Positions 21,570 to 35,792 are shown, counted from the stretch's first letter. The stretch is 64,000 nucleotides of DNA from Psilocybe cubensis (GCA_017499595.2 CM039002.1:558001-622000); one strand, 5' to 3'. The notes: generated by a model from the sequence alone, not told the origin. Numbers and translations are program-made.

Positions 21570-23203
21570 TGTGTAGAGAGCGTCACTCCGGGGTAGGTTA
21601 CAAGAGGCAAATTTCAGATGGAAAGGAATTGAATAAACCATCTCTTTTTAAGTGAATTTGGTTGCTAACATACAACTGTCATATCAATAACGTAGAGACA
21701 ATATTGAGCGGTTTGTCACAGAATTACCGTCATATATATCAATTCGGTCAGAGGCGGTTTGGAAAAGTCAAGGAGAACAACTACCATTGGTCGAAAAATG
21801 ATCTACTTTTTTGCTTCTTCATCCTTGCTTGACCCCTTCGTCATCTTTCCTACGCACATGGTTTCAGGAACTCACCAACATGGGAATTTTCTTATAAAGC
21901 TGTAGTGCCAGACGACGTTGAATGCAGGTCTAGTTTGCCCATGCTCACTAATCAGGACAAGGAGTACTTGCAAAGGTGTTGGCAAGTTGTCAATTTTGAC
22001 ATCTGCTGACTGTGTTGTATTACGTGTTGTTAAATGTACCCAAGAAAGGCAAGAGTGTAGAAATACGTAGCGCTTGTGGCACTTGTGCTATATTTTGATA
22101 CCAGAGAAAAATTCTGAAGCTTATTCTCGGTCGTGTTGTATGAGTAAAATACGATCAGTAGTCCATGTAACATTGTGAGTTATTCTACGACGTTAATTGA
22201 ATGCAGTGTCGGACTAATCTCGGACCCAGTTGAATCGGAGATATTGGCGGCACAACGGCTTGGAGAACGGCACCACTACCATACGAGCCACCTTCTCACG
22301 CTCAACAACACCTCTTGCCCACAAACTTTGTAGTATTTTACCTACCCATCGATTTTGCATTGTCAGGATTGCATTCAACCGCTCGCCCAAGAGTTATATC
22401 AAGCCACCAACACGCCAACGCCCAAAAGTATTGATTAAATGAACATGCCGATGACGGTTGACGCAGCATCCAACAATTCGCTTCTTAGTTCGCTTTATCG
22501 GTCAAGGTGCCTATATTTTTTTCTGCAGTTCTGACCATTTCTCTACCACCTCCATTCGCACCTCTGCAGGGTGCTTTATCAAAAGCAAATCAAGATTTTA
22601 CAGATGTCTATGGCTTTCCCGAACTGGGGCTCAAGAGCCTTTGGGTTGTTATAAATGGGAGGTGGTTAAATTTGAAACAAGGTAATACGTATCATTCTGT
22701 ATGTACCCCATTTTGATATTCTGTTATCTGCAAGGCCAACGTTGACTGTTCGTACCCATCTCCTCTTATTTAGTCATTTCTCTCATTTATGAACCACCGA
22801 TTATGCGTGCTTCTATACGGTCTCAGCTAGTCTCGACTCGGGCCCTAATTATCGAACGGCATTACCAAAACCCGCCAAAGCCAAAAGGCAACTAAAGCCG
22901 GATATTGTGCATCAGTAGCTGGTGAATCTCTAAATTTTCTCGGTCTCCGACCCTCCTTTGTTGATGATAAGTCATGCTATATGCATGTAGCCGCCGAAAA
23001 ACAAGCCTGTCAAGTCCGTCGACATCCATTGGCAGTTTCTCGAGTTTGACTGGCCCATGCCTGGCCCGAATTAACTGTTGATGATAGGATTTTATGTCCG
23101 GAGCGGAGGCTATTTCAGACGTGGAAAGCTTTCTTTATATACGAGCGAGCAAGGTATCTTCCACCTTCCGTGTCCTTTCCACCTCTCCACCCGCTTTGAA
23201 AAC

Positions 23204-24763
23204 ATGTACGATACTCATGATCTGAGACATGTCGAAAATATGCTCGACAGCCTCCCTATCACGGACGAAAACGTAAATTTAACTCTCAACATACCGTCTC
23301 AGGAAGATATTGTGCGGACGCGATGTGTTTCTCTCGACGTTCAAAATCAATCCCAATCTTCGCTCCCGCTCATCCATCGAATGCCAGACGAAATGCTCGG
23401 AGAAATATTTTTGGCTTGTCTCTCACCACACTGCACTAGGGAAGCACTAAAGGACCAAGATCGCCAATTTCCCATCCTACCTATGTTTGTATGTCGTCGT
23501 TGGAGAAATGTTGCTGTATCAACGCCAAGATTATGGACACAACTTGACATCGATATCCCGCGAACAAAGCGCGTATCGCTTCGTCGTCAGCAAATTCAGG
23601 ATCAAATCGCTAGGTCTGGAGTGTGCCCGCTTGATGTGTCTATTTGGTTCCCGGAAGTATGTGGCCGTCAATGGGAGGAAACGGACGGTCCGCGTTACGA
23701 CAAAGCCAACCAGCTTACGGGGCCTCTGTTCTCTGAACAGCATCGGTGGAGGAGTGTTCGGTTAGAGGGTGCTTCGCAGATTACAGAGATACTCACTCAA
23801 CTAAACCCTTCGAAGTTGACGGCGCTGGAAGAAGTCGAATTGAATTTAGACGGAAAATTTTATTCGTCACTTCCAGCAGACTTCCTTCAGGCTCCAAAAT
23901 TAAAGCATCTTGGGCTTCGACGACGTCTTACAGTCCCCACCATTTTGTCTACGCCATGGCATAGACTGATACATCTCTCGTTTACAGTTTGGGAGATGCC
24001 CGACTCATCTCCTACACAAACGCTCGCTGAGATGCTCGCTTTATGTCAAAATCTCACAAGTTGTTTCATCCGTTTATATGGATGGGTTTACCGAACCCCA
24101 GACACCACCGAATCAGACCATTATCCTTTGATTCGACTCCCGAACCTCTCAACGCTCAAAATATATGAAGGCAAACCCTCTAGCATCCATACTTCATGGG
24201 ACTTACCTCGATTACGCGACGTTGAATTCCATGTCACCGAAGTGATTCCCCCACACGACCAAAGCGCATCCCTCCGCGCGATCATCGAGCGTACAGAAGG
24301 TACCATCCAGAAATTGACGACTCAGATCGACATGCACAAGCAAGGTGATCTTATTGGATGCCTTGATCGCTGCACGGATCTTCGGTCACTGGTGCTAGAG
24401 CTTCCTCCGCCAATCCATGTTGGCAGTCAGGCGGGTTGGGGGTATGCCTTAGCATACCCCACTGAGCCGGAGGGACTACCGCATGACGATCTGTTGGAGT
24501 GCTTGATGCCTGGCCACGGACCAGGAAATACAACGAGGTGCCCTAAGCTGGAGAGCTTTCGGTGTGAACAAAAGGGGGTGTTTTCAGATAATATGCTTTT
24601 TGATTTTATTTGTTCTAGATGGTGTACGGAGCGCCAGGATGTGTCCAAACTCAAACACATCGTTGTCAATTTTGGGAACGATTGGAAAGAGACCAAGATG
24701 CTCGAGAGCCTTGAAAAACTCTCGGCATTTATTGAGGACGGACTCGTCGTAGAATTTCTGTAG
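23204..24763 (+). CDS. F-box-like domain protein with C-terminal LRR/RNI-like repeats
   Basis: PLIHRMPDEMLGEIFLAC...FVCRRWRNVAVSTPRLWTQLDI followed by LxxLxL repeats (APKLKHLGL, LPNLSTLKI, CPKLESF). Single long ORF; ATG at 23204 taken as the start. Confidence 0.88.
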   Translation: MYDTHDLRHVENMLDSLPITDENVNLTLNIPSQEDIVRTRCVSLDVQNQSQSSLPLIHRMPDEMLGEIFLACLSPHCTREALKDQDRQFPILPMFVCRRWRNVAVSTPRLWTQLDIDIPRTKRVSLRRQQIQDQIARSGVCPLDVSIWFPEVCGRQWEETDGPRYDKANQLTGPLFSEQHRWRSVRLEGASQITEILTQLNPSKLTALEEVELNLDGKFYSSLPADFLQAPKLKHLGLRRRLTVPTILSTPWHRLIHLSFTVWEMPDSSPTQTLAEMLALCQNLTSCFIRLYGWVYRTPDTTESDHYPLIRLPNLSTLKIYEGKPSSIHTSWDLPRLRDVEFHVTEVIPPHDQSASLRAIIERTEGTIQKLTTQIDMHKQGDLIGCLDRCTDLRSLVLELPPPIHVGSQAGWGYALAYPTEPEGLPHDDLLECLMPGHGPGNTTRCPKLESFRCEQKGVFSDNMLFDFICSRWCTERQDVSKLKHIVVNFGNDWKETKMLESLEKLSAFIEDGLVVEFL

Positions 24764-25173
24764 TTTATGTTACTTATACAAATAGAATTAGTAGAATTTT
24801 AGATTTGTATAGACTTGCTCTACTTTGACCATCCGGGAAGATACGATAGTTGTCGTCACTGCCATTCATATATATATATATTGGCATTCATTGAAGAAAT
24901 TGTCCACATCACATCCTGGTCCAGCCGCACTATGGTAGAAGGAACGACCCCAGAATCCACTGGATTAATAACTATTACCAATGGCTTAGGCCTAAAGTTT
25001 CTGCCAAAGGAGGGGTACCAGTGCTCTTCGCGGTATCTCGAAAGTGGATGTGATCTATTTTTAGAATGGTGAGACTTGGCGTCCCGAGTGTGCACGTTGC
25101 CCCTATTTGCCCCCTGAATCAGGCTAGGTTGTTCCCTGTATTGAACCTTCTCTGCGAGTATTGAATTGAGAAC

Positions 25174-26906
25174 ATGCCGGCTAAGAAGGTGCTGATTGGG
25201 TTCGGTGTCGATGTTGACGCTGTTGCTGGATGGTATACTCCACAAAATAGCTTGATCTGTGACGCCTAAAGCTTATCAGATCTCGTTTTCGATTCTTCAT
25301 GTAGGCTTGGATCTTATGGAGGAGAGGACTCTCCGCTTGATATTTCCAGGGTATGCGTCCTTGTAGTTACTTTGCGCTGTACACCCCTGACACCTTGCAC
25401 CTTTTAGGGAATGTATGCCGGGGAGGTGGGATCTCTTCGTTTGCTCAAGTTATTTAGCAAATACGGCATCAAGGCAACCTGGTTCATCCCTGGTGAATAA
25501 TCGTCTCCAGTTAAGCGCCAGTAACACGGCTTATTGGAAAATAATCCTATCAGGCCACAGTCTTGAAACTTTCCCTGAACAAATGAAAGCAGTACGCGAT
25601 GCAGGCCACGAGCTGTAAGCTACGAAATTGTTAAGTCGCGTGGCTCTTGGTCGAGTTAACATACGTGGTAGGGGTCTCCACGGCTATTCGCATGAGGTGG
25701 GCGTAAAGTCTATGGTGATAATCGCACTATGACAGATGTACGTCAAGAACCCTGCCGCACTGACTCTTCATCAACAAAAAGATATCTTTGAACATACCTA
25801 CAAGTTGCTTACGGAGTTCAACAATGGCATCCCACCCAAGGTGTGAATGAGACTGGTGATTGTACATTCACCAATATGAAAAGATCTTTAACAGGGAAGT
25901 GTTGCGCCATGGTGGGAAACGAGCAAGGATGGTACCAATGTTCTTCTTGACAAGGGCATCGAATACGGTTCTGTTGCTTCAGTTATAGCCATGGCCAATT
26001 TTCCTAATTATATGTTCGCAAACAGATCATTCGAGCATGGCCCATGAGTAGGTCCAACTCTTTCTTTTCCAAGTGTCGCAATATCTATTCAAATTTGTTT
26101 AGCTCACAGGCCTACTACATGAGGGACGCAGATCAGTGGACCAAGATAGATTACACTGCAAAGGCAGAGACGTGGATGAAGCCACTCAAAAGGGGTAATG
26201 AAACGGGCCTCGTCTGCATTCCTGCTAACTGGTGCGAATTTAAAAGATTCAGTTGGGTAAGAAAAGTCACTGACCAATGATCATAGGTATCTCGAAGATT
26301 TAACTCCCATGATGTGGGTTATATATACATTTTCTATTGCTTGACACCGCAGCACCTGAAGCTAATAACATCTCGACTATAGGTTTATAAAATCAAGCCC
26401 GAACTCCCATGGATGGGTAAGCCTTTCAATTAAAACGACGGAGCACAACTGACTGTTCGAGCACAGGTAAATTCCAGAGACGTTGAGCAGCTTTGGAAAG
26501 ATACATTCAGCTATTGCTATAGGTAGCTATAAAGCTGATTATTATTAGTAAATAATTCGTTGAAAGGTCTGAACCAAGGGAAGAAGAAGAATTCATTTTT
26601 CCTATAACAATTCACCCTGATGTCAGCGGGTGAGTGGCATTTGGCTCTTCCCTATAATCCTACCTGATGATATGACGTCCACAACAAGTCGACCCCATGT
26701 CCTTCTTATGCTGGTAAGAAAGTGAACGGGATAAATATTTATTGGACGAATGATTGACAATTTTTTAGGAACGCTTTATCGAATGGGTAAACACGCATGA
26801 AAACGTCCATTGGGTTCCCATGATAGAAATGGCACGGGATTTCAGAAGGAAAAACCCACCTGCTCCCAACGCAAAGATGCCTGTTGGTTTTCAGCAAATA
26901 ATCTAG
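25174..26906 (+). CDS. Polysaccharide deacetylase, CE4 PuuE/PgdA-like type, many small exons
   Basis: [51 protein letters not shown]...[14 protein letters not shown]...[13 protein letters not shown]...APWWE...[26 protein letters not shown]. Confidence 0.9.
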
Positions 26907-27207
26907 TATGGGCTGCACATTTGAGAGATTGACGGATGAAATTTGTACATCATTACTCAAGGAAAATATACATGTAACCAATTTCACAAAGAATGTCAGT
27001 TTTTGACAGACAAAACACCTCAGAATTCCCTATTCATTGGCTCTTGAGAGTTTGAAGACCATATCACGCTCCATTTAGTGCATAGAGCAGTTCTATTAGC
27101 CCATATAATCCTGTCAGAGATAGGTAGATATTGCTATCAAATTAGTAACCCTAGAGAATGAAGAAAAAAGCGCCCAAATAATATTCCTCCCTCATGAAAT
27201 AAAAGAA

Positions 27208-28509
27208 TTAAGCCAATAATCTCTGTCTTTCGTTCGGCGTTCCATCCATGCCATTGTCATTTGACTTCAATCGTAACACTTGAGATAAATATGCAATAGA
27301 CTTCCGTAAGTCCCAATTTTTGATGCTGTACCACCTTTTGCCATTGGTCTCTATACGGTCGCTTCTGATCCGGTGTTGATCATCGACGGTTACAGAGATA
27401 GCAGCAAATGTGGTGAAAACAGACGCCAGAGTCGTACTGGCTGTGATCATAAACATAATGATCATTTGTAGCTTGGCTGCCTGATGCACCGATGAGCCAC
27501 CCAGTATGGCACCGGTCATCATGCCTGGTATAGCAATAATACCAAGAACACTGTTTAAAAAGGTTAGTGGGTGTACCTCGGAAAAAATATCATTCGCTGA
27601 CCTCATGTTATTGATAGGCGGCGTTAAAGCCACCTTGAGCGCTTGTATGACAATTGGGCGGCAGGCTTCCGTCCGTGTCGCACCGAATGCCAGGTATATT
27701 TCAGTTTTATCCCTGTTTTCTCTTTACAAACGTAAATCAGGCCACTGTCGGAATATCATTCTTTTACTGAAACTACTCACACAAGTTCTTTAAGGATATA
27801 ACTAACGGCAATGACAATGCCGGTGATGGTAGCGCCACAAAGCATCCCTACAATTGGAACTATGGACATGCAACGCAATCTATAGTCAGTTACTTTTCTG
27901 AGGTTAATAGGTTAATAAGATCATACTTACTGTACTGAATCGGCGTCCAAAATGGGTCGACAGACATGGCGAACCTGGCACCAAGAATAGATATTGGGAT
28001 CGTCGATCCAAGCATCGCGATCAGGACAGCAGGGAACTGAAAATGGTTATATCAAGCTTAAAGTTTTCCGGGGTAAGGTTAATCGTGTGCCGCACCATAT
28101 ATCGGAACCTACGAGGTGACTTGTTGATCACTGGAAAAAACATATCAGTTAAAATAGACATAAGGTGTTATCTGGATTCTGGAAGTACCTGTTTCGAACG
28201 TTCCCAGAAAGTTCAGAATGACTGGGGAAGGGTTGGTTAAGTTAGAGGTCGCACAAGAAAGGGGTAGCGATAGACGGGCTCACAGGCAATGAGAGCTACG
28301 AGCCATGGATTTTTGTTGTCAAAGACCTGCTGCAACAGTGTAGCCACGACAGCGAGTTGGCCAATGCACCGTAGCGCCGCTACTAGGAGAGATATCCCAA
28401 CCCCCAGGCGAAAAATAGTGGAAACTCCAACGTCGAATACGATGAATCCTAACCCAATTGCGACATTCGCCCAAGCCAGCTCGGCTTTATCTCCTGTGGG
28501 TTCATCCAT
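27208..28509 (-). CDS. UPF0014 family membrane protein (YbbM/FetB/STAR2-like permease)
   Basis: LLVAALRCIGQLAVVATLLQQVF; PIVGMLCGATI; EIYLAFGATRTEACRPIV...ALTPPINNM|SVLGIIAIPGMMTGAILGGSSVHQAAKLQMIIMFMI. Confidence 0.88.
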
Positions 28510-29372
28510 GGATAACTAACGCAATAAGAGAATTATTGGATGTTCGAGGTCAGTTCGAAACTTCGAAATGCTGAATGCCTTCACGCGTCGACGCTTCACT
28601 TCTGCATCTTGTTGCAAAATTTTCGTTAGAAAATTGCTCCCGTGAAGTCGTTGATATCACGAAGACTTACTCGTACGCTGGTAGAAGCTGACCGTTCGCG
28701 AGCAAAAGAGACCCGTCAACCTGGAGACTGACGTGGGTACTTGGCACAAACAATTGAAAAGCAAAGGAACCGTTTGTCCCAGGTGCGGGTAATTTACTTA
28801 TGTACAGTGCGGACCGATGCCGCCTCTGTACGTCATTGTTGTTGGCCCAATCATATCCTTCGCATTTGAGTGTGATAGTCAAGTCCGACTAAATAGCCGG
28901 TGAGCCCCTATTTGGAAATAATTTCCATGTTGAACCTGCACCACCACCACCACCAAAGCTGTGATGGCTGCCAATTTGATTGACGATAAAACAGAAACAT
29001 CGTCAGTATGCCCTTTTTACAGGTCAAATTATCTTGCTCTACGCGGATTTATCTAGTCAAAAACCAAACTTATGACGCACCAACTTTGAATGCCGTCGAA
29101 AATGAAATGGTTAGCGCTGCCTATCCGCTCAAGGTTCTTACTTTTCGAACGAAGCTGACCAAATTGCTATATAGACGTTATAAAAGCACAGCACATGTTA
29201 GGCTGTATCGTGATTTTACGATCGTATTGGAACGATCGAGTGGTGGTTGGAAAGTAACATAGGCAAACATGAAGGGATACAAAAGGCTCACCCTCGTCAG
29301 CCTTCCTTCCAAACCCGCCCCTTTTTACTTCACGCCAAAATAGTCAAAACCCCCAATCAGTAAGATACCATC

Positions 29373-32250
29373 ATGGGACGCTCGAAGCCTTTGCTTGGAT
29401 ATAAACCGCAAGCGAAAACTGCACACATCAAACGTGTGTATCCCACAGATTTACCCCCTCTCCCCCCTTCGTACGAGGCCGCTGTTACCCACCGCCAATA
29501 TCAGCAGCAGCAACAACAACAGCAACAGTATCAAACCGCCTATGATGAGGCTCGCAACAGAAACCAATACACACAACACCCCGTTCATGTCGCACACGCC
29601 AATCAGTCCACCTCCTCTGGTTACAACCCACCGACTCAACAACCAGCCCCCGCCAATCAGGATGCTGCATATTACAACCCCGCCATGCAACATTCTAGAT
29701 ATAACACACCCGCCTATCAAGATCCCGCTTGTTACGCCCCGCCCGTACAACAATCAACTTATAACGCCCCCGCCGCACAACAGCGCCCACATGCTAACAA
29801 CGCTCCCGCGTTGGATGCTTGGGGCGCAAAGCTCGCGGAAGAAGAACAACATTACGGCGGGAGTTTCTTTGGTAAGCTCTCATTATTATCACTGCTTGAG
29901 TATCGTGGAATATTGACGAATAATACTCATCCCCAGAACCCAGTCATCCCACGGTCTACTCCAACGCGAACAACGCCAGGGGCTCCGACCACGCCAATGG
30001 CTACAACAACTTTAACAATGCAAACGCTTATGCTTCGAGCAGCACAAACGTTGCCAACGCCTATGCTGCGCGTAATGCAAGCAGGGCAAACATTTCCGCT
30101 ACGAGCCGCTACTTCAATGTACCACATAGCGCTCCCATTCCAGGCAACAACGGCGTGAATGCTGGTAGAGTTCCACCCTCGTCCGGCCTTGCGTCAATGG
30201 ACGTCGACCCTGACCCACTTTTTGATATGAACATTGACGACCCTAATGCGATGGATCTTGACTGCCTCTTTGTCACATATGGCGGTGTCGTTTATTTAGT
30301 TCATTCATTGGGTATGGATGTGAATCACACTCCTGTCGACGATGTCATGGCGTGGGAGGCCCAGCAGTCCCAGCACCAGTTTCTGCAGTACCGACAAACT
30401 CAAAACAACGATTTACAGCACCAGCAACACCAGCCACAACGTCAACAGTTTCAACAGTCTCAACGACAGCAACGCCAATTATTTCAGCAACAACAACATC
30501 TTCAACAGCAACAACTACGTCCACAACAGCAGCAACGTCTTCAGCAACAGCAGCAACGCCCTCAGCAGCAGCATCAGCAGAATCAACAACAACTACGGTC
30601 CAGGTGCTCAGGGCAAGTGCGTGTAATCTCTCAACCTGTTCCATCCAGACTAGCACAGCCTATTCCTTCTATCACGCCTACAAACACCACTACGCAGCCA
30701 GCAAGCAATGTTGCTTTTACCACTGGGCATACGCTTTCGCGTAGGAACGTCGAACGTGTCGCCGACCGATTCCGCGACCTCCATCTCTCAGAAGTTGGTA
30801 TTTCTACCAGCAATTCTTTATCAGACGGAAACACCACCGGGGTTGGTGATCAACGCTGCAGTCATCCAGGATCGATGGCTTCTGCCGCGGCGTCGGGACC
30901 CAACAGTACCACACCCGAAGGCACGCTTGTTTCGTTCAGCAGCGATGACCTTGTCAATCTTGGAAGCCCCCGACCATCTGTTCTCGGCGCGAGCGGCGTC
31001 TGGGAAGATCTAGCTGGCTTGCAGAACGCCTTCATTCCGCCTTCGCCACTGGTGGATGACAGTCTTCTCGTGCAAGTCCCGCTGTCTTCGTCTCCTTACT
31101 CCAGCAGCAGCAGCAGCGGTAGCAGCGAATACTCCCAGTACTTTGATCTTCGAGAGCTTGACTGGAGCCGCTCGTCCGCTTCGTCGTCGCCCATGTATCG
31201 CGAACAGTCTTTGTCTGGCAGTGACAACCAGCGATCGCCGGCTCGTTTCTCCAGGTCTGCCCAGTGGACGCCCCTATCAAAGAAACTCCAGACCATGAGC
31301 AACGTCACTCGTCGGTGTAGGACCAAGAAGCAGAAGAAGATCATCGTGTTGGGTGTTCCCAGAGACACTCTACAGCAAACTCGAAGGAAGAACAAGTTAT
31401 CATCTTCCTCGTCGGCGCGTACCGTCAGGCCGAAGAAGAAGAAAGCTGTCCCCAAGACGGTTACTGCGACGCCACCCAGCGTCGTCATCGACTCTACTGT
31501 CGTTTCGGCGGAGCAGCAACCTGGTAAGTTTCTTTTCTTGCTCTTTTTCTTTTTCTTTACAATATTTTTTGTGCAGAAACAACTCGTACCGCACACGCCA
31601 ATTCATTGCTTGACGTTCCAAGGCGTTCGGCAAATCCCGCCACTACCCCTGTCAAAGCAATTACCAAGGTCTTGCTCCCTAGACGAGTCCTCGCTGCCAG
31701 CATCACTCCGCCTAGCTCTCGAACCGCAATAGAAAACAGGCGCCCACGCAAGACTGTGACGTTCGCTGACGACGTCGCCCCCAAAGCCGTCCCCAAAGCC
31801 GTCCCTGCTCCCGTCACACCCAAGGCCCAACCTCTGTTGCCTTCTCTTCCCATCACCCCTGTCAGAGAACCTAGGGTCTCGCGTTCCAGCTCCAACTCAT
31901 ATGAGAAGGCTTCTTACGTTGCTCCCGTTCCTTCCTCGCGCGATGTCGAGAAGGCATATTCTATCGGATGGTGTCGCTATGAGACTACTTCTGAACGCGC
32001 GACGCCAGCCACCCCTCCAGCGCGTCCACGACGCGAGCGTGAGAATATTTCTGGTAGCCACCCCCTTTCCAAGGTGCCTCTGGAAAGGAACGGAAAGGTA
32101 TCTGTAGAGAAGGCCTCATCTCGTACTGTTACTGAACCTCAGCCTGCCAAATGCGACGAGAAAGCCTTACCGGGCGCGTTCCCAGAGGAGCCTGAGGCCA
32201 GTGGCCCTACTCTGTTTTCGTGGTTGAAACAGAAGGTTTTGAGGTGGTAA
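29373..32250 (+). CDS. Large low-complexity, Q/N-rich disordered protein (three exons, ~920 aa)
   Basis: ORFs 29373, 30155 and 31606 join in frame through introns at ~29872-29937 (GTAAGC...CCCCAG) and ~31524-31576 (GTAAGT...GTGCAG). Contains poly-Q tracts, a PPSY motif, basic patches and a C-terminal LPGAFPE. Confidence 0.6.
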
Positions 32251-33569
32251 ACCAATACGGGTAAGTTCTTTTGTTTACACCTGTTCAAGTACCACAAAAA
32301 TTGATCAATATTGTGCTTGTTTTCAGTCCATCTTGCTACTTGCTCTGGGTTCGGATTGCTTCTTCTCGGTTTTATGTACTTCACTTCTGCCTCTGGATCT
32401 TCTTGTGTCTTTTTGATTTGTGGCTTATTTGTCTCTTCTTTCCCTTCTCTGGCTGTATATGGTTCTAGAACTTGGTCTTTCTCTCTCTTTCTCTGGACTG
32501 CTGGGCGCTTTGGGAATGTTACTACGAGTTCATCTGGTTTCATCGCTTGGATACTTGCACTCCTGTGATCGCCTCGCGACTTTTCTTAACCTTATAGGTG
32601 GCCAGCCATATACCACCTTTGACAACTGGACTACTCTAGCCTCTCTGTGCATTCCTGGATAGCCTGTATAATCCCCGCCTCTTGTTTTCCCTCCTCTTCG
32701 ATTTGTCTTTTCGTCCTTCGAGATTTTGGGCACATATTATTATTTCTATTTCTGTTCTTTTTTTATCATCGATTTGGGTATGTGTCTGATTTTATTCGCG
32801 CCTCACCTGACTGTCAAAACTAATGTGTCTTCAATGTAGCAATCTTTTCTTTTGGATGTACTGCACTTCTTTCTCTCTCTCCTCATATTCCTGGATCTCT
32901 TCACTTGGATCTTTTCTACAATCGAACTGGACTTGTTCACACCTCAATATCTCCTTCTATCTGCATCGGCCTTCTACGACTGGAAATCTCTTCGACATCT
33001 TTTATACGACTACAGATTTATCACCCTGAAAATAACCAGAAAATCTCGCCTCCTCGCCTTCGAGCGAGCGAGCCGAATGTTAAAAAAAGTGTTTCCTTTT
33101 CTTTCTTTTTCTATCTTATTCTTCTAAAAACCAAGAAATCTCGCCTCGTCGATTTTTGACCAAGCCGAATGTTAAAAAAATGGACCCTGTTCTCTTCAAC
33201 TTCAGCCTTCATCCTTCAAGCTTCGCAAATAGAATTACAGAAATCCCAAATGTCTCGCCCATCTTCACTATCAATACCCTTATTTTTTTCTACAATATTT
33301 TATTATTTTTCGAATCTTCCATATATCGTTTTGTAGATACCACACAGCCTACTGTATATACCATAAATTAAAAATGAATATTGTTATTAGTTTTGTATTC
33401 AAGGTCCAGGTCAATCACTTAAAATTCATTGTTCAGACTTGAGACCTTTTAGAGTATGAATATTTGATGTATTGATAATATTGAGCTATGGGAAGGATGT
33501 ATGACTTGGATGTCAGAGCAAGTATGATTATCCCATAGTAACCGCCTAATGAACTTGCACTTGAGTAGC

Positions 33570-34912
33570 TTAGTTTCCAGTCCAGACAGCTATTCAAACA
33601 AAAGAGGTTCAGTAAAATCACACTTTTTTATTTTTTGATGCACGTACCGGGTCCTGGGACTTGGTAAGTGGTCTGGGACTGGGCAGCAGAGGTGTAGATG
33701 TTGATGTTGACACCAGGGTCGTTGGCGCCGTATGCACCTTTGGCCGTAGATATGAGTATACTTTTAAAGCAGAACGGTTAATATATGCGTACCTGGGAAG
33801 CTGACGAGGTAGTTGCCGCTGGGAGTTTGTCCTCCTCCGCCAGTAACGATGAGTTGGGCGCCTATCGGGTATATTTATGAGTATGTGCGCAATGTCGAAT
33901 GCACCGCATTTGGGTTGAGAGACTTACACTCGGGATAGAATTGGGGTGTGTTGGCCTGGTGAAGGGCGAGTAGCTCGTGCTAAATAGATAAAGTTAAAGT
34001 TGCTACTTTACCTAATTTCTGTCATGAACGGAAATCACGTACGCGGATGAGGTAGTTGCCTGCAGCAAGAGCAGCTGGGATCTTCGTGGTGTATTGGAGT
34101 GTGTCCATAACGAGACCGTTACCCCATTTTCCTTTTCTGAAGAGAACAAAGTCGGAAACCATGTTAGTAGTGGTCCTTTGTAGCTCGTGCGATTTCGATA
34201 GCCTACCCAACAGTGCCGGAGATAAGACCGGTCTGGTCGATCTTGAACCACTTCAAACTGTTGCTGTTTGCGGACGAGCAGGGGCCGTTGCAGTTGGCCA
34301 TGTAGACCATGACGGGGCCTTCCGCGTGTGTCCATTGTCTGAGAGGCGACCAGATTAAGTCAGAATATGAGTCGAACACAGCAGCGGGAAAGATTACGCA
34401 CGAATACTTGGCGGTGATGGTGCTACCAGCGGGAACGGTGGCGGAGAGCTGGGAGCCGCTGGCCTGGCCATTGTTGTTGCAGCTCAACGACTGTTATTTT
34501 TATAGAGGTAAGTGTGCGCGGCCTTTCACTCAAAGACATTTAGTTCACGTACTCCAGAGCTAGTCGACAAGATGCTTTTGACGAGGTTCAGAAGCGTTGG
34601 CAATTATTCAATCAGGCTCTGACTTACGGGTCGTAGGAGCCTATTTACATACATGCTGTCAATTTTCAGAGTTCGGAGTGCCTAACGATGAGTGCTTACT
34701 GTAGGGGCGTCCAATAGATGATTGGCCAACAGGGGAGTTGTATGGTTGCCATCCTTGATAGTTTTGTCCTGAAAACAAGCTTTGGCTTTGTAAAGACGTT
34801 TATAAGTTGAAGAAATCCTACCGTTAATGACATATGCGATAACACCGCCGTGTGCAGCGACCTGCGACACGAAAAAGGAACTCAAGACAGCGATGGACGC
34901 AACGTTGAACAT
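33570..34912 (-). CDS. Lytic polysaccharide monooxygenase, AA9 (formerly GH61), multi-exon
   Basis: Signal peptide followed by N-terminal His (VAA|HGGV); LSCNNNG; QWTHAEGPVMVYMANC; WFKIDQTGL; GNYLIR|HELLALHQANTPQFYPEC|AQL; FPG|AYGANDPGVNINIY...PGP|AVWTGN*. Confidence 0.95.
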
Positions 34913-35792
34913 AGCTCAGAGGTACTGGGTTTCTTGAGATGTTACAGTTTATGCACGACGTCTTTATACATTTCTGAGATTCAATAACTTCCACATGACG
35001 AAAGCGGGGAAGGGGCATTTATCGGCCTGTCGACTGAAAAACTGTGCAATTCGGAGGTTTGACTTCGGTCCTCATGGAGCAAGAACGAGGACGAAGGAAC
35101 GAATAAATGCCTTAGAAATATCGCCTACGAGATCCGAGCGAGATAGTCTTTGTCCTGGGGCAAGTAAATGGCTGGATTTTCACCGGATATTCAAAGAATG
35201 AAGCACTGAAGGAATTGACTGGAGTCTTGTGATCTACATGGTGCCGAGTTGCTTCCGCGACCTGCAGAACGATGAGGACCGCCAAGACTTTGGCGGTAGT
35301 CTCAATAACCAGAGTGGCCTTGATACACCTATTCTAGCCAGTTCCATAAAGCCTACAAGCGAATACATGCGTACGGAGGCAATAGAAGCATCCCGAAGAG
35401 CTTTGAGACGCATAAATAACGCATCATGTAATGGACAAGCAAAGTATTGAGAGCCAATCAGCATAGCGACACGGCGAATTATAGAACTTCCATTTTGAAT
35501 AATGGCCGGCCTTCGTTTTGGGTCATTTTAGCATTGTTAGGCCTGTGATGGTAGGAAATCCCTGCCGCCTAAGATGAGTCCAGTATGTAAACTGGTTCAG
35601 ACCTTGATCCATTTTCGTTTAGCTGAGGAGGGCAATGCAACAGAACGTTGATTTTTATCCCCATTATGCCATTGTGAGGTAGAGACCTTGATCTATTCTG
35701 ACGCAAAATATTCATCCTGACAAGATTTCATTTATCCTATCCTCGTCTGTGAGTCCCTTATTTCAGAAAGAAAATTGATAGCCAACCAAAAA

